A DNA stretch of 64,000 bases from Octopus vulgaris (taxonomy: Eukaryota): contig OX597818.1 of the NCBI GenBank assembly GCA_951406725.2, positions 120,528,001-120,592,000 of the forward strand, given 5' to 3'. Below are positions 13,918 through 27,797 of the stretch, in pieces (position 1 is the first letter of the stretch; every line of letters begins with the position of its first letter). The notes under the pieces are model-generated. The model did not search any database. It had not been told where the DNA came from and worked only from the letters and a program-made list of their open reading frames with translations. The translations under genes were made by a program, and so were the position numbers.

Positions 13918-16027
13918 AGAATTATCTGCTGAATTCTGCTTCCATTTCCATTCAACATGGCAGCAATGACGGCAGTCTCAGCAACAGATACTCACAAACC
14001 CATCCCACTCATCATATTTTCTGCTTACTTTCAAAGTTTCTTTTTTTTTTTTCATCCAGTAGAAATTTCCATTTGACAAATACGTGGGTTTGTGTATGTG
14101 TGAATGTTAGTGTGAGAGTGCGTGATTCAATTGTTCTATATATTTCATTAAAAAAAAAAACCCCTAAAACTAATACAAATGAACTTAACATCTCATTCCA
14201 TCCGTCAGCTCATTATCCAGCATATTCAACATATTAATTTTATATTCATTTTTCTCAAGTTTGATATAAAATAGATTTAAAAAGAAAAAAAACAGATTCA
14301 ACTGGAAAGCATGTTTGTCTGTGTATTAGAATAAATTTGTTTCTGTATATATTCATATAAGTATATATACAAACACATGTAGACCTACACACATTCTCAT
14401 TCTTACTCTCTCTCTCTCTCACACACACACACATGCATGCATGCATACATACATTTACACACAAGCAGGCATACATACATACATGTGTACATATATGTGC
14501 TTATACGTATATATATGTGTGTGTGTGTCTGTGTAAATATGTATGTGTGTGTATATATATATATATATGTATGTATATATGTCTGTATATATATATATAT
14601 ATTTCTGTGTGTATATATATATATATATGTCTGTGTTTATATATATATATATGTCTGTGTTTATATATATATATATGTCTATGTGTGTGTGTGTTTATAT
14701 ATATATATATATGTCTGTGTGTATGTGTGTTTATATATATATATGTGTGTGTGTGTGTATATATATATATGTATATAGGTGAAATTAAAATAAGCTTAGT
14801 GATTATGAAAGACTAATGCTCAAACAGATGAGACCTTGAGCTCCAACTTTATCTAGGGCCAGTGCCTGTCTCACCATTGAAAGTTAGCTGTAAGAATAAT
14901 CCATATCGAGCTGTTATGGAGGTGATAAAGTAGATAAACACAGTTACGCTTGAAATATATATTTACATAGAACACAAAATACAGATTACAGAATAAATAA
15001 AAGAAGAAAGCAAAATGGAAGAGAAGGATTATGAAAAGTCTTGACAGCTGTTTCAAGATGGCCATAAGTTATGTAATAACCATTTTCATAAATAATATGC
15101 GGATGGTGCCCTAGGTATGTATCCTGTGACAAATCCTATGAAATTGCTAAAGTAAGCTAGCATCCCTTTCCAAGAGGTTATTACATAAGTTACATCCATC
15201 TTGAAACAGCTGTTGAGATATAATCCTTCTCTTCTGTTTTGTTTGACCTTCTTTTTGTTATCTGTGTTTTGTGCTCCATATATCTCAAGCCTAACTTTAT
15301 AACTTCCTTACTACCTCTGTTTGCCTTTCTCCTACCCCATATATATATATATATATATATTCGTTTAGAGTTTGTGTTATCCTCATGAAGGGATGGTTTC
15401 ATCCAAGAAAATACTGGTTCAATAACTAGTATTTTGGGGGAAGTAATTTTCCTAAAATGATAGGTATATATATATATAAAAACTTAGTTTATATTCACAT
15501 AAGAGAAGAAAAAGATTTAGTCTGTTATAATGAATCCATAGACATATAAAACATACAAGGGTATATATACCTTTATATAAATATGTATATGCATGTGTGA
15601 GAATGTATATATGTGTAAGTGTATGTACTTTAAGTGGCCAGTGGTATAAATGTGGACAATTTAGACAAAGTTGTATCAAATACTATGTATGATATATTCT
15701 TGATTTATTGAAATGATCTTCACTTCAAGATAAGAATAAAGAAATCCTCTGTTGCTATGGCATAGATGAGGAAGGGAGATAATTTCAATAACTTTAGAAA
15801 TGTAATAAAATGGGGACACTGTTATGGCAAAGAGAGTCTGATTGATCAGAGACAAGAGAATAACCATGAGATATATTTCGACATCAATAGGGCATTATCA
15901 GCACAGAAGTTGTTCCAATGAGACAACATGTGTGTATGTGTATATAAATATATGTATATTTTTATGTATTTATAAATAAGTATATGTGTGTGTGTGTGTG
16001 CATATATATGTATGTGTATGTATATGT

Positions 16028-16317
16028 GTGGAGGCGCAATGGCCCAGTGGTTAGGGTAGCGGACTCGTGGTCATAGGATCGCGGTTTCAATTCCCAGACC
16101 GGGTGTTGTGAGTGTTTATTGAATGAAAACACCTAAAAGCTCAACGAGGCTCTGGCAGGGGGTGGTGATGATCCCTGCTGTACTCTTTCACCACTCTTTT
16201 TTCTGTTGGCCTGCTCGCTTAGCCAGCAGGGTGGCGTCATTCAAAGGCTAAAACAATGCGAACGCATTGTGACCAGCAATGTGTAGCAACATCTGATGGT
16301 CTGGTCGGTCACGTGAT
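16028..16317 (+). mobile_element. tRNA-derived SINE (head GGAGGCGCAATGGCCCAGTGGTTAGGG; possibly octopus OR-type)
   Basis: A box TGGCCCAGTGG, B-box-like GGTTTCAATTCC. Same head at 49143, 28930(-) and 57614. Confidence 0.85.
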
Positions 16318-16479
16318 GTGTATGTATATATGTACACACACACATATATATACTTATATGAGTGAGTGGGTAAATGAAAGAAGAAGCATTCAACACATTT
16401 GATTTGGTAGGGGTTGCATAAATTATTTTAAAAATATTTTTTAAATATCATAATAATAATAAAAATAATCATATATGTC

Positions 16480-16870
16480 TTCTTTTGATTCTTGAAGTGG
16501 GATGTTGTATGATAGTTTCCCATTTCCTTACACAATTCTTTGCATTTATTTCAACTCTACGAGGTCCTTTGAGCTGTTGGCTAGTAGAGGGTACCCATAG
16601 TGCTGCATAATGTGGTCTGCTTCTCAACATTTACAGGTGTGTGGACCAGTCTTGCAGTCCCATTTGACCACAGTATCTATTGATCACTCAGTTCTTTATT
16701 TACAGGCAGTTATGTGTCTTCTACTAAATCCATGGTGTCTCTGAGACAGGAGAGAAGCCTCCAGAAAGTAGGGCTCCTGTATTGATTGGAAGAGGGTCAT
16801 TATCAAGCTTTTCCATCCAGATCTGGAGACATGTTTCTTCCCGAGAGGTTGTTGGGGTTTGGACATGACT
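16480..16870 (-). mobile_element. Decayed LINE 3' fragment (RTE-like)
   Basis: GC-richer block with remnants resembling the LKWxGH and KRPRGRP region of RTE ORF ends; heavily degraded. Confidence 0.35.
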
Positions 16871-17334
16871 GAGAAACTTTCTTGACTTTACTTGTTGGGC
16901 CAGAAGTTGACAACTATAGAGGAGGCGGCATTCATCATTTGTATATATACATACACATACACTTGGATATATGTATGTATCCACATATAAATATATGTGT
17001 ATGTAAACATGTATATGCATATATATGTATGTATAAATACATGTGTATTTATATATGTTTGTCTATACATATAGGTGTGTGCAGTTTTATGTATGTGCAA
17101 GCATGTCTGTGTGATTCTGTCTGATTGTAAGCAAACATTTTGTTACCATTTGTTTGCAATTTCCTGGGTAACTTATCCAAACTAAGGGGAAAATATAGCC
17201 TTGCTTGGAAAAAGGTACAGGCTGTTGAGAGGAAGACCATTTAGCTGCAATAAATAGGTCTCAAAGATGTCTCAAATGTGTCTGATTCATGCTAGCTTGG
17301 AAAAATAGATGTTCAAATCATGATGATTATGCTC

Positions 17335-17674
17335 TCTGTGGCCATGCTGGAGCACTGCCTTTTAGTCAAAGAAATCGACCCCTGGACTTATTCTTTGTAA
17401 ACCTGGTGCTTAGCCTATTGGTCTCTTTGGTGAACCGCTAAGTTACATGGACATAAACACACCAACATCAGTTGTCAAGTGATGGGGGACAAACACACAC
17501 ACACACACATATATGATGGACTTCTTCCAGTTTCCGTCTACCAAATCCACTCACAAGGCTTTGGTCAGCCTAAGGCTATTGTAGAAGACTCTTGCCCAAG
17601 GTGCCCTGCAGCGGTTCTGAACCCTAAACCATGTGGTTGGGAAGCAAGCTTCTTACCACACAGAGACACCTGCA

Positions 17675-17677
<3 letters not shown>
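17335..17677 (-). mobile_element. tRNA-derived SINE, family A (internal microsatellite)
   Basis: Reverse complement of the element at 62673-63131. Confidence 0.85.
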
Positions 17678-17719
<42 letters not shown>

Positions 17720-17904
17720 CATCATTACTCTTGTGGATTCCCAGGTCAATGCATCAGCTGTCACTCTGGGATTGTATTACCTTTGTTCCTGTGTATTCTG
17801 ATTGCAATCTGTGGGCTTATTGTGGAACCCTTTTTTTTTTTTAAGTTTCAGCTCAGAGCTGCAGCCATGCTGATGCACTGCCGTTTTGCGCTACACTGTT
17901 ATTA

Positions 17905-18250
17905 CTAGGAGCCTCCTCTAATATATGACACTTGATGAAGAATGGAATTTGATATAGCTACCCTCATTTGCACCTCTTGCCGTGAGGTGGGCTCATCTGG
18001 GACTCTCGACAGGAAGAGGTCCAACTTTGATTTAAAAGCCCCTACATCTACTTTGTGCAAGTTCCTCAGACTCTTTGGGAGAATATTAAAAAGCTGTGGG
18101 CCCCTGAAACCCAGGCTGCTCCAGTAACTGGTCCTGAAGCGTAATGGCATTGCTGGGATCTTTGGCACTTGAAAATTTTTAGCTTTGAACTGCATGTTAT
18201 TTTCTTCTGCCCACTTGTATATTGCATTCAGGTCATTTTGTAGTTTTACG
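17905..18250 (-). mobile_element. CR1/L2/Jockey-group LINE reverse-transcriptase C-terminal fragment, internally deleted
   Basis: KLQNDLNAIYKWAEENNMQF...GPQLFNILPKSLRNLHKVDVGAFKSKLDLFLSRVPDEP. Confidence 0.8.
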
Positions 18251-18590
18251 TTTTCATAAGTGTGTGTGTGTGAGAGAGAGAGAGAGAAAGAAAGAAAAAG
18301 AAATTGGTTGTATATCAGAGTCAAAATAAGAGCATTTATCCATATGAATATCGTGAGGACGTATAATATCATTCAATATTGATCATATAACAAATGCTGG
18401 CCATGAATCTGAGTTTTGTGTAAAAACTGATGCTCTACACTCTTCAGATGGCATATTAGGGTTTTAAGTTGAACACTGTAGTGTTTACCTTAAATCCATA
18501 GCATGTTATCCTGTTGAGCACTAGGCATCGGCTATACATGAGATTCAGTGTCATAGCAATTGTTTGTTAGTAGGATCGTCATTAAACTAG

Positions 18591-18621
<31 letters not shown>

Positions 18622-18625
<4 letters not shown>

Positions 18626-18801
18626 ATATTTAGAGTTAAAACCACTAGGTGGATAACCATATGGTAGAAGAATATCACATACGATCTAACTACAAAGAAA
18701 GAATGTTCTCCAGAGAAAATTCTTTCTTTGTAGTTAGATCGTATGTGATCTTTTTCTAGCATATGGTTATCCACCTAGTGGTTTTAACTCTAGATATACA
18801 C
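18622..18801. repeat. Near-perfect 180-bp palindrome (foldback MITE-like)
   Basis: TAGAGTTAAAACCACTAGGTGGATAACCATATG... pairs with ...CATATGGTTATCCACCTAGTGGTTTTAACTCTA, with few mismatches and a minimal loop. Confidence 0.9.
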
Positions 18802-20344
18802 GTGTATTGAAATTTTTTTCTGATTCTTCAGATTTTTATATGCTAGGCTACTGGTTTTAAATTGATATTAATTAAATTAGTATTCAATTTATCTCCCTCA
18901 TTATTTAAATTATATGTATATATATACGTATATATATATACATAACTTTTATATCCAGTCAACTTTATGTACGTAACTTAATGCATATGTACATATATAA
19001 ATTAGTAGATATCTGTAATTTTTATATGTATATCAATAACATATATGTGTGTATATAATCATTGAAACTGATCATATATATCTGTGTATGTGTGCATCAG
19101 TGTTTTTCTTTCATATTTCTTAATATTTAGATATGACATTATTTTAATTAGAAATGGCTGAGATTTAACTCTCAGTTCTTCATCCATTTTTGGTCTTACC
19201 TTATCTTTTTGTATTTTCATTCGTCTGATATTCTATCTATGGAATATTTACGATGTTATCTGTGTAATTCATGAAAACAAGATCATCTCATTATTCTTAC
19301 TTGATTTGATTTTGAAAGTATTTGACTCATGGCTATGAATCACCAAAATTTATCTTAGATTTTTGTTTGGAACACATTCTTCATTAATAATTATGAACGC
19401 TATTCAGATTTTTAATATTGATAATTTCATGTTTGTGTTTTGGTTTACAAAATTTTTGATGTCAAATCATGCATTGAAACAGGCTTTACTGTATTTTGGG
19501 AGGGTCAATATACCAATAATAAACACATGTTGGTTCTATTACACTTCTTTTATTATTATTAGTCAACTAGTTAATTACTTAATCAATTAACTAATTGATT
19601 GTTTAGTCAATCAATCAATCAGCTAGGTTCATCAGAGTCCTTTAAGCCCCATTTGCAATCTCTTCAATGACATGTTCTCTATACACCAGGCTGGTTTCCT
19701 TGTCTACAGATTTGAGGTTAAGTTTTCCTACTTGGAGCAGACTTGGATTAGAGAGGACTTGGATTAGAGAGGACTCGGATTAGAAGCTGCAAGAGTTGAT
19801 GTAAAGTCTTTGATGAACTAGCTGATTCATTGATTGACTGAGCTGTGAATTAGCTAATTAACTGGTTAATTACTTGACTATTAATAATAAAAGAAGTGAA
19901 GCAGAACCAATGCATGCGTTTTTATTGACATAATGACCTTCCCAAGACATAGCATAACATTAACAAGTTTACATGTAAATAGCTAAATTTAAGTATTGAC
20001 TAGCTTAACAATATTTCCTTCCCACAGACAATACTTACACTCTAATTTAGTATTGGAAACATTTTAAAAAGCAATTTTCTTATGTATTTTGTTGTATTTT
20101 TTAAACCTGTATTAGATGAAGCTAGATGTCAAGAGGAAACTGGTAAGGTAGAATGTTTAGGTCACAGAGGCTCTTTTGTTAAATAGTAACTTCTAATATC
20201 TATGTGTTAACCTTATTCTCAGACATCTCTATAAAGATCATTGCTGTGCTGTCACTGATGCTGCTATTGCCCTAATTGCAGCTACTGTTGCAGTAGCGGT
20301 ACTGCTAAACTTCTCCCCTTTGAAGACCTGTCCTTGTATTTCAG

Positions 20345-20518
20345 TACACAACGATGCAGACCGAAAAGCACTGGGACCCTTTGCTGCCAGTTATATGTGA
20401 AGTTGTGCCGTCACCATCACCACCACCACCACCACCAATCTCAACAACACCACCACCAACTCCACCACCTCCGCCGCCACCACCACCACCAATGCCAATC
20501 CCTTTACCCAATCCCTAG
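20345..20518 (+). CDS. Candidate alternative terminal exon
   Basis: Branch-like TGCTAAAC and acceptor CCTTGTATTTCAG. Phase 1 reads xHNDADRKALGPFAASYM* (stop 20400); phase 0 reads YTTMQTEKHWDPLLPVICEVVPSPSPPPP...PMPIPLPNP* (stop 20518). Confidence 0.35.
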   Translation, partial: YTTMQTEKHWDPLLPVICEVVPSPSPPPPPPISTTPPPTPPPPPPPPPPMPIPLPNP

Positions 20519-20807
20519 CCAGAACCGATGGTCAGCCAGGTTTGAAGGGAAAGGGGTAGATTTTTCTTGCACAATTCTCTCCCTTTCGAAATTCTTATGC
20601 CTATACGATATATATATATATATATATATATACCCATATATATACATATATATATATGACAGACAGACACAAGCGCATACACACACAGTCCCCAACTTAA
20701 TTGGTAATCTCTGTTCTAAGTTGAATCTTTTAATTTCTATTGATTTTTAAAGATATTCTTAAGACATTTCTGCTTCCCACTTAATAAGGGTTATCTATAA
20801 TGCAATA

Positions 20808-20985
20808 ATTTCATCGGGTATCAAGGCATTTTATAATACACTAACGTCCATCAGATTTTAAGGGCATTATAAAACGCTAACTTTCATCAGATACCAATCG
20901 CATTTATAATACTAATTTCATCATCTTTCAATTTATAAAATATTATTCATTTTTTTAACATAATTTCATCCGATATTTCATCAGA
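20808..20985. repeat. Degenerate ~34-bp tandem repeat (core CTAATTTCATCAGA...TTTATAATAC)
   Basis: Four to five diverged units visible. Confidence 0.6.
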
Positions 20986-21515
20986 GTTCACCAATCATTA
21001 TTTAATTATCTGTATTGTATATCCAAGGAAGTTAACATTTTAATCTTCATCAAAGCCAGGGACTGTTTGCGTATATGTTGGTGTACTTTGCTATATTGTG
21101 TCTTTATATGTATATGAATATGTGTATGTGTGTGTGAATGTGTGTAAATACACATATGTATATATACACATATATCGAACAGGAGATTGTGATGGTGTAT
21201 CAGATATTTTTTTTCACTCCTGTAATCTCTATTTTAAACAAACGAGTTTTACATATGCAATCAATGTGCGCAATTCCTTTCACTTGAAATTGAATTCTTC
21301 AGCTTTTGAGGGGAAAAAAAATTATAAATTTTAAAATTTAACATTTATAAATTCAGTTCAAAAATAAATAATAAAAAGTTGTTGCTGCCTAGAGATTATA
21401 GTTGCTGAAATAACATCACATATCTCTTGAGATGACGGTAATAAATAAATCAATCAACATTTTCTTTTATAGCCATGCATGTTTCAGATATTATATAGTG
21501 TGTGTGTCCGTGTGT

Positions 21516-21554
<39 letters not shown>

Positions 21555-21597
21555 TCTATATATATATATATGCATATATATATATGCATATATATAT

Positions 21598-21636
<39 letters not shown>

Positions 21637-21838
21637 TACATACCAAAATACATATGTACATAAATATACATACATACACACATGTACACACTCGCATGAA
21701 TTTGTATGCTTGAATTTGTAAGTTCTACAGTGATTTTAATCTTCCAATATTTTAACATATACATACATGCATATATATATATATATGTATATATATGTAT
21801 ACATATATATGTATACACATACATTTATATATATGTAA

Positions 21839-21879
<41 letters not shown>

Positions 21880-22159
21880 CTTGCACATATATATATATAT
21901 AAATATATATATGTATGTATATATATTTATATAGTACATACATATATACATGTATTTTATGTATGTATGTATCTATGTATGAATATGTATGTATATACTG
22001 GAAGAAATATATTTTGTTGATCATCTGCAATACATATATTATTCAGCAACATAATTTTCATAATATCATAATATCATGCTGCCATTGTTATAATTTTTTT
22101 AAACTCTCAATATTTCTGCTGCTCCGATATCATTTCCTTGTATTCACTATTTCACTCTA

Positions 22160-22380
22160 AGTGTGTATATGTGTGTGTGCGTGTGTGTGTGTTTGTGTGT
22201 ATGTATAGTCATATATATACACTATGTATATATATATTCCTATACATATGTGCATATATGTATATATATATATATATACATATACATATGTGTATATGTA
22301 TATATACAGATATATATATACATATATTTATATATATATATGTATATGTACACATATGTGTATATATACATATATATATG

Positions 22381-22412
<32 letters not shown>

Positions 22413-22565
22413 CATATGTATATATATATATATGTATATATATGTGTATATATACATATGTATATATATATATGTATATATATGTGTATATATACATATA
22501 TATGTATATATATATATATATATGTATATGTATATATATATATATGTATATGTATATATATGTGA

Positions 22566-22597
<32 letters not shown>

Positions 22598-22600
22598 GAG
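22160..22600. repeat. Long compound (TA)n/(TG)n microsatellite
   Basis: Directly visible. Confidence 0.95.
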
Positions 22601-23348
22601 TACATGTTATCAGTGATTGAGTAAAAGATTTAGAAATAGTTGTCTGTTTGGTGCCAAACCATTTTAGCATGGAGCGGGTGTATTGTTGATGTCATGTGAA
22701 TGTAACTGACTGAAATAAATAAAAAAAATATATAAAATTATATAAATATATATACATCATCTAGAAGTGAGAGACTGTTGTTACAAATGAAAAGAAACCT
22801 CTTTTACTATTATTACTGTTGTTGTTGTTGTTGTTGTTTTTGTTCTGTGCATGTATGAAAAGCATAGTAATGTTTTTTTCCTCCCTTCTCTTGTTCTTGT
22901 TCTTCTTCCTTCTCCTTCTTAATCCTTTTTTAAATTTAAATCTAAGTTTGTATTTTTCTATTTGAAATATTTGTTTAAAATTGTTTTTTGGTTATTCAAT
23001 AAACAAGCCTACCTGAAGTAATAATAAAAAAATTGTGTATAAGATTTGATATTTTATTAAGAAATTGTATCATACACACTCCTAAACCTGCTTCTTTTGT
23101 AGAAATTTCCATTTTTTTTTTTGTCTAATCCGTCTTCTTTTTCCTGAATTCTTTAAATGTTTTTGTTTTTTAACAAACTGAAAACAAACAGCAGAAAAAA
23201 TGTTTTGTTTTCTTGTTTTCAACAAGCCGAATTTCAATGGTGTAACTGAACATGCTTCTACGTATGCAGATAGCTACGTAGATATGTGTGGATGTTGATA
23301 CACACACACACACACACACATGTATACACATATATACATATATATATA

Positions 23349-24552
23349 TTAGGTTGTCCAGAAAATTCTGAGTGTTTTTTTTAATATGCAAAAAAGAATA
23401 TAAATAATTGACCTTTGCCCATCCACCAGACAATTTAAATATTCCATCAAGATAAAATTTTGAAGAAAATAGTTATCTAGGTGCATTTTGATTCCATCTA
23501 AATTGTTAATGTTTTTCCTTGCAATGAGTTCTGTGGAGACAAAAACAAGTGGTAATCAGATGGTGCAATATCAGGAGAATATGGTGGATGGGGTAAGAGA
23601 TCTCAGCCAAGTTCTTTGGGTAGCCAAAGACAGACGTAGTCGGGCATTGTCCTGTTAGAACACTACCCCTTTCCTGTTGGCAATCTCTGGCCTCAATTCT
23701 TTGATATTTTTTTGTTCAAATTAGCCAGCTGACAACAGTACACATCAAAAGAAATGATCTGGTTTTGTGGGAAAAGCGCATAATAAATAATACATTTATG
23801 ATCCCACTAAACCCAAAGCATAACGTTTTTGGCATGGATATTTGTCTTTGGTTGCTGTTTTGAGGGATCTTTACGCAAACTCCAGGATCTTTGTCACTCT
23901 GCGTTTTTGTACACAATCTATTTTTCATCTCCAGTCACAAGTTGTTTAAAAAAAGGTATGCTTTCATTCCTTTTCAAAAGCATATCAAAAACGGAATATT
24001 GGTCCAAGCAATTCTTTTCTGAGAGTTTGCGAGGGACTCATACATTATAGCAAAAAATGTATCCTGCCTTCACTAGGTGTTCATGAGCCGTACTTTTAGA
24101 AGCATCTAACTTTTCTCTGCGAGTTCTCTAGTCATGATATTCATTTTCTCCAATTTTTGCCTTCAAAAAATCTTCAATTTTGAAGGTCTTCCATTGCGAC
24201 TGTCAATTACCAAGCTAAACTTTCCAGCTTTAAATTTTGCAAACCACCTTCGTGCAGTTGGTTCACCTACAGCATAAACTTCACAAATGCTTTTGCAAAT
24301 CTTTGTAGCATTTTCTCCTTTTTTTAAAAAAGAAAAGCATTACAACACAAATATGAAATGTTTGGTTATCCATTTCAAATATCAATAAAGGGTAACTGGA
24401 ATGAAAGATAGATCTGGTTTTAGTCAAGAACAAAGAGATGAACTACCACTTCAAGCTATGCCAAAGTTTTAACCGTGTGACGTTTCAGGTGTGTTCAATG
24501 AAGCCTTAAAAGATTTAGCTTAAAAACGCTCAGAACTTTCTGGATAACCTAA
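23349..24552 (-). mobile_element. Full-span decayed mariner DNA transposon
   Basis: TIRs TTAGGTTGTCCAGAAAATTCTGAGTGTTTTT / AAAAACGCTCAGAACTTTCTGGATAACCTAA with TA flanks. Minus-strand HPPYSPDIAPSDYHLF (~23543-23590) and DNAR motifs; ORF disrupted. Confidence 0.92.
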
Positions 24553-24787
24553 TACATATATATATACACACACACAAACATATATACATATGTGCTTATG
24601 TATCTATGTATGTATGTGTGCATATATGTATACATACACATATATACACTCACAACACACATACACACATATATATATACACATACATATAATGTACTTC
24701 TACTTATATGTGTATATATATATAACACACACACACATATATAAATATATATATATGATACATATGTATATATAAAACATACATACA

Positions 24788-24822
<35 letters not shown>

Positions 24823-26594
24823 GTGTGTGTGCATGTCTGTGTCTTTGTATACACACACGCACATGTATATATTTATGTATATATGGTGTAGATAAGGTGT
24901 TCTAGTGAAGTAAAAATTCTTAACTGAAGAATTTTAAAAAATCTATTCCAATCATTTGTCAAGAATACTGATATTGCATCTTTTTATAACTTAAGAGACT
25001 TTCTCCTTCCACCTTGATTCTTAGTTGACAATATTCCACTGAAGAGACACTAGTGACCGATATGGAAAGACAATCTGTTTCCATTGGTAGATAAATTTTG
25101 AATTTTCATATTTCATTATGGATTTTCAATGAAACCTTTCATTCTTTAAAATAACACAGCAACTTTCTTCATTATCTCCACCCAGAAAGGTAAATCGCCA
25201 TAAATTCCATGTCAGAACTACACATGTTGGTACTTCTCTTCCTCTTGTAACAATTAATTATACAAGAATATGTGTCAGTGCTGTTTCTTGTTCCAACCAA
25301 AAGAAGTTTTACAAGGACTTCCCAAACCACTTATGGATTGATTCTTTCATTGGAAATAACATACATGCATCTACAAACTGTTCCTTCTTCACACATTCTG
25401 AAGACAGCTTTCAACCTCAGTATTATCTTTGGGAGATTTATCTTCTACTACTTACATACATCCAAATTAGCATTAATCGTGTTTACATAGGATGAATGGA
25501 ACGTGAGAAAAGTTTGGACATTAAAAAAATCAAAATAAAAAGCAAAACTAAAACAACAAAACAATTGTTTCCTATCAGACAAAGAATATTATGTCAGGTA
25601 TTCTAAATTTTCATTTTTTTTTTCTATATTTGATTTCTTCTGAGTTGATACAAGTATTCAGAAAACAAGTTTGTATTCTTAAATACACTCTGGATCAGAT
25701 TAGGATGAAAAACACCCGACATCTGTCCTTTCGTTGTATCACAGTTCATATTTTGTTTTTATTGAACTAAAAAGAAAAAAAGATCAATGATTTTTATTGT
25801 TCTTTGATTGGTATCTGTAGCATGTGTGTTATGTAAATAATATTTTTAACTGCTCCTCCCTTCAAGTTCTTTGCTTCGATGTTTGTTATCAATAAATTCT
25901 TCATCGAAACGAAGGACTTGAAGTTGATTGAAGAAATGGGTTGACATTTTTATTATTTACATACAACACAAAAACAAACAATTGTCAAGACTAACCAGAG
26001 ATCAACAGAAGTCATGCAAATAAAATTTATATCTTATTAACTTATCATTTTAAAAACAATATTCTTTATTCCATTAACCATTGCACAAGTTCATATGATA
26101 AAGATGATTGTAACGACTTGTATGTCAATGTATCTACCTGTACATTATTTAGCACAAACTCTCAAAATAACGATTTAGTCCATTTCAGAATTGTTTTTTT
26201 GTCTTCAATGGTAGCCACACTTTGTTTAACTTTCCATATATCTACCCTAAAAACCATTGTGGCTAATGTAAGCATAATTTTTAAATAGATTTTATTATTA
26301 TTATCATTATTATTATTATTTTATTATATTATGATTTTCTCCTCCTTTTATAATGTGAAATCTTTTTATTTATTTGTTTATTTGTCAGCTATTTTTTAAG
26401 GACATTTTATCTGGAAATGTTACAATTCTGACTATATCTAAACTATGTATTCATCATGTACTATAAACTGTATTGATCCTGGAAAATTTAGATCACTCAG
26501 AGATAAATACTTTTGAAAAAACGTAATTTTTGTTATATTTTCTTTTATATTTCTTTTCCTTATCACCTTTATTTTTTTATCATATATTTGTCGA

Positions 26595-26876
26595 GCGTGA
26601 TCGTTACCAACGTCGCTTCACTGGCATCTGTGCTGGTGGCACGTGTAAAAAGATTTGAGCGAGGTCATTGCCAGTACCGCCTGACTGGCCCCCGTGCCGG
26701 TGGCATGTAAAAATCACCCACTACACTCTCGGAGTGGTTGGCGTTAGGAAGGGCATCCAGCTGTAGAAACTCTGCCAGATCAAGATTGGAGCCTGGTGCA
26801 GCCATTTGGTTTGCCAGCCCTCAGTCAAAATCGTCCAACCCATGCTAGCATGGAAAGCAGACATTAAATGATGATG
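26595..26876 (+). mobile_element. Retroposon family C ((GAT)n-tailed, GTGCCGGTGGCACGTAAAAAGCACC subrepeats)
   Basis: Homologous copies at ~27212-27457, 33452-33782, 34415-34600(-) and 38551-38950(-). Confidence 0.8.
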
Positions 26877-27459
26877 CTTGTGTCATTGGATTGTGGCCAT
26901 GCTGTGGTACTACCTTGAAGGATTTTAGTCAAACAATTCAACCCCAGTACATATTTTTCAAAGTCTGGTACTTATTTTATTGATCTCTTTTGCTGAACCA
27001 CTAAGTTATGGGGATGTAAACAAACCAACACTGGTTGTAAAGTGGTGGAGTAGGGCACAAAGACACATATACAACAGGCTTCCACACAGTTTTCATTTTC
27101 CAAATTCCCTCACATGACATTGTTTGGCCCTGAGCTATAGCAAGAAGACAGTTGTGCTAGGTGCCATGCAGTGGGACTGAACCTGTAAACATGTGGTTGC
27201 AAAACAAGCTCCTGTGCTGGTGGCACATAAAAAAGCACCATTTGAGCGTGGTTGTTGCCAGTACCACCTGACTGGCCTCCATGCCGGTGGCTTGTAAAAA
27301 GCACTACACTCTCGGAGTGGTTGGCATTAGGAAGGGCATCCAGCTGTAGAAACCTTGCCAGATCAGATTGGAACCTGGTGCAGCCTTTTGGCTTGCCAGC
27401 CCTCAGTCAAACCGTCCGACCCATGCCAGCATGGAAAGCGGACATTAAACAATGATGCT

Positions 27460-27797
27460 GAGACCCCCTTCGGTCATGACTGACCATGAGATTGCACCTA
27501 GAAAGTTACCCTCGCAGGCACAAGTCCGAGCAAGGTTGTTTATGGAAGACCAGCAGTCACCCATGCATACCGGCCTCCCCTCTCCACGCCACCAGTTTTA
27601 TCCAAGGGAAAGGCAAAGGGGCCGATACAGCTTGGCACCTGTGACGTCGTAACTCATTTCTACAGCTGAGTGAACTGGAGCAACGTGAAATAAAGTGTCT
27701 TGCTCAAGAACACAACACATAGCCCGGTCCGGGATTTGAACTCACAACCTCACGATCATAAGCTTGACGCTCTAACCACTGAGCCATGCACCTTCAC
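27460..27797 (-). mobile_element. tRNA-derived SINE inserted in the (GAT)n tail of a family C copy
   Basis: Minus-strand head TGGCTCAGTGGTTAGAGC...GAGTTCAAATCC; GATGATG on both sides. Confidence 0.8.
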
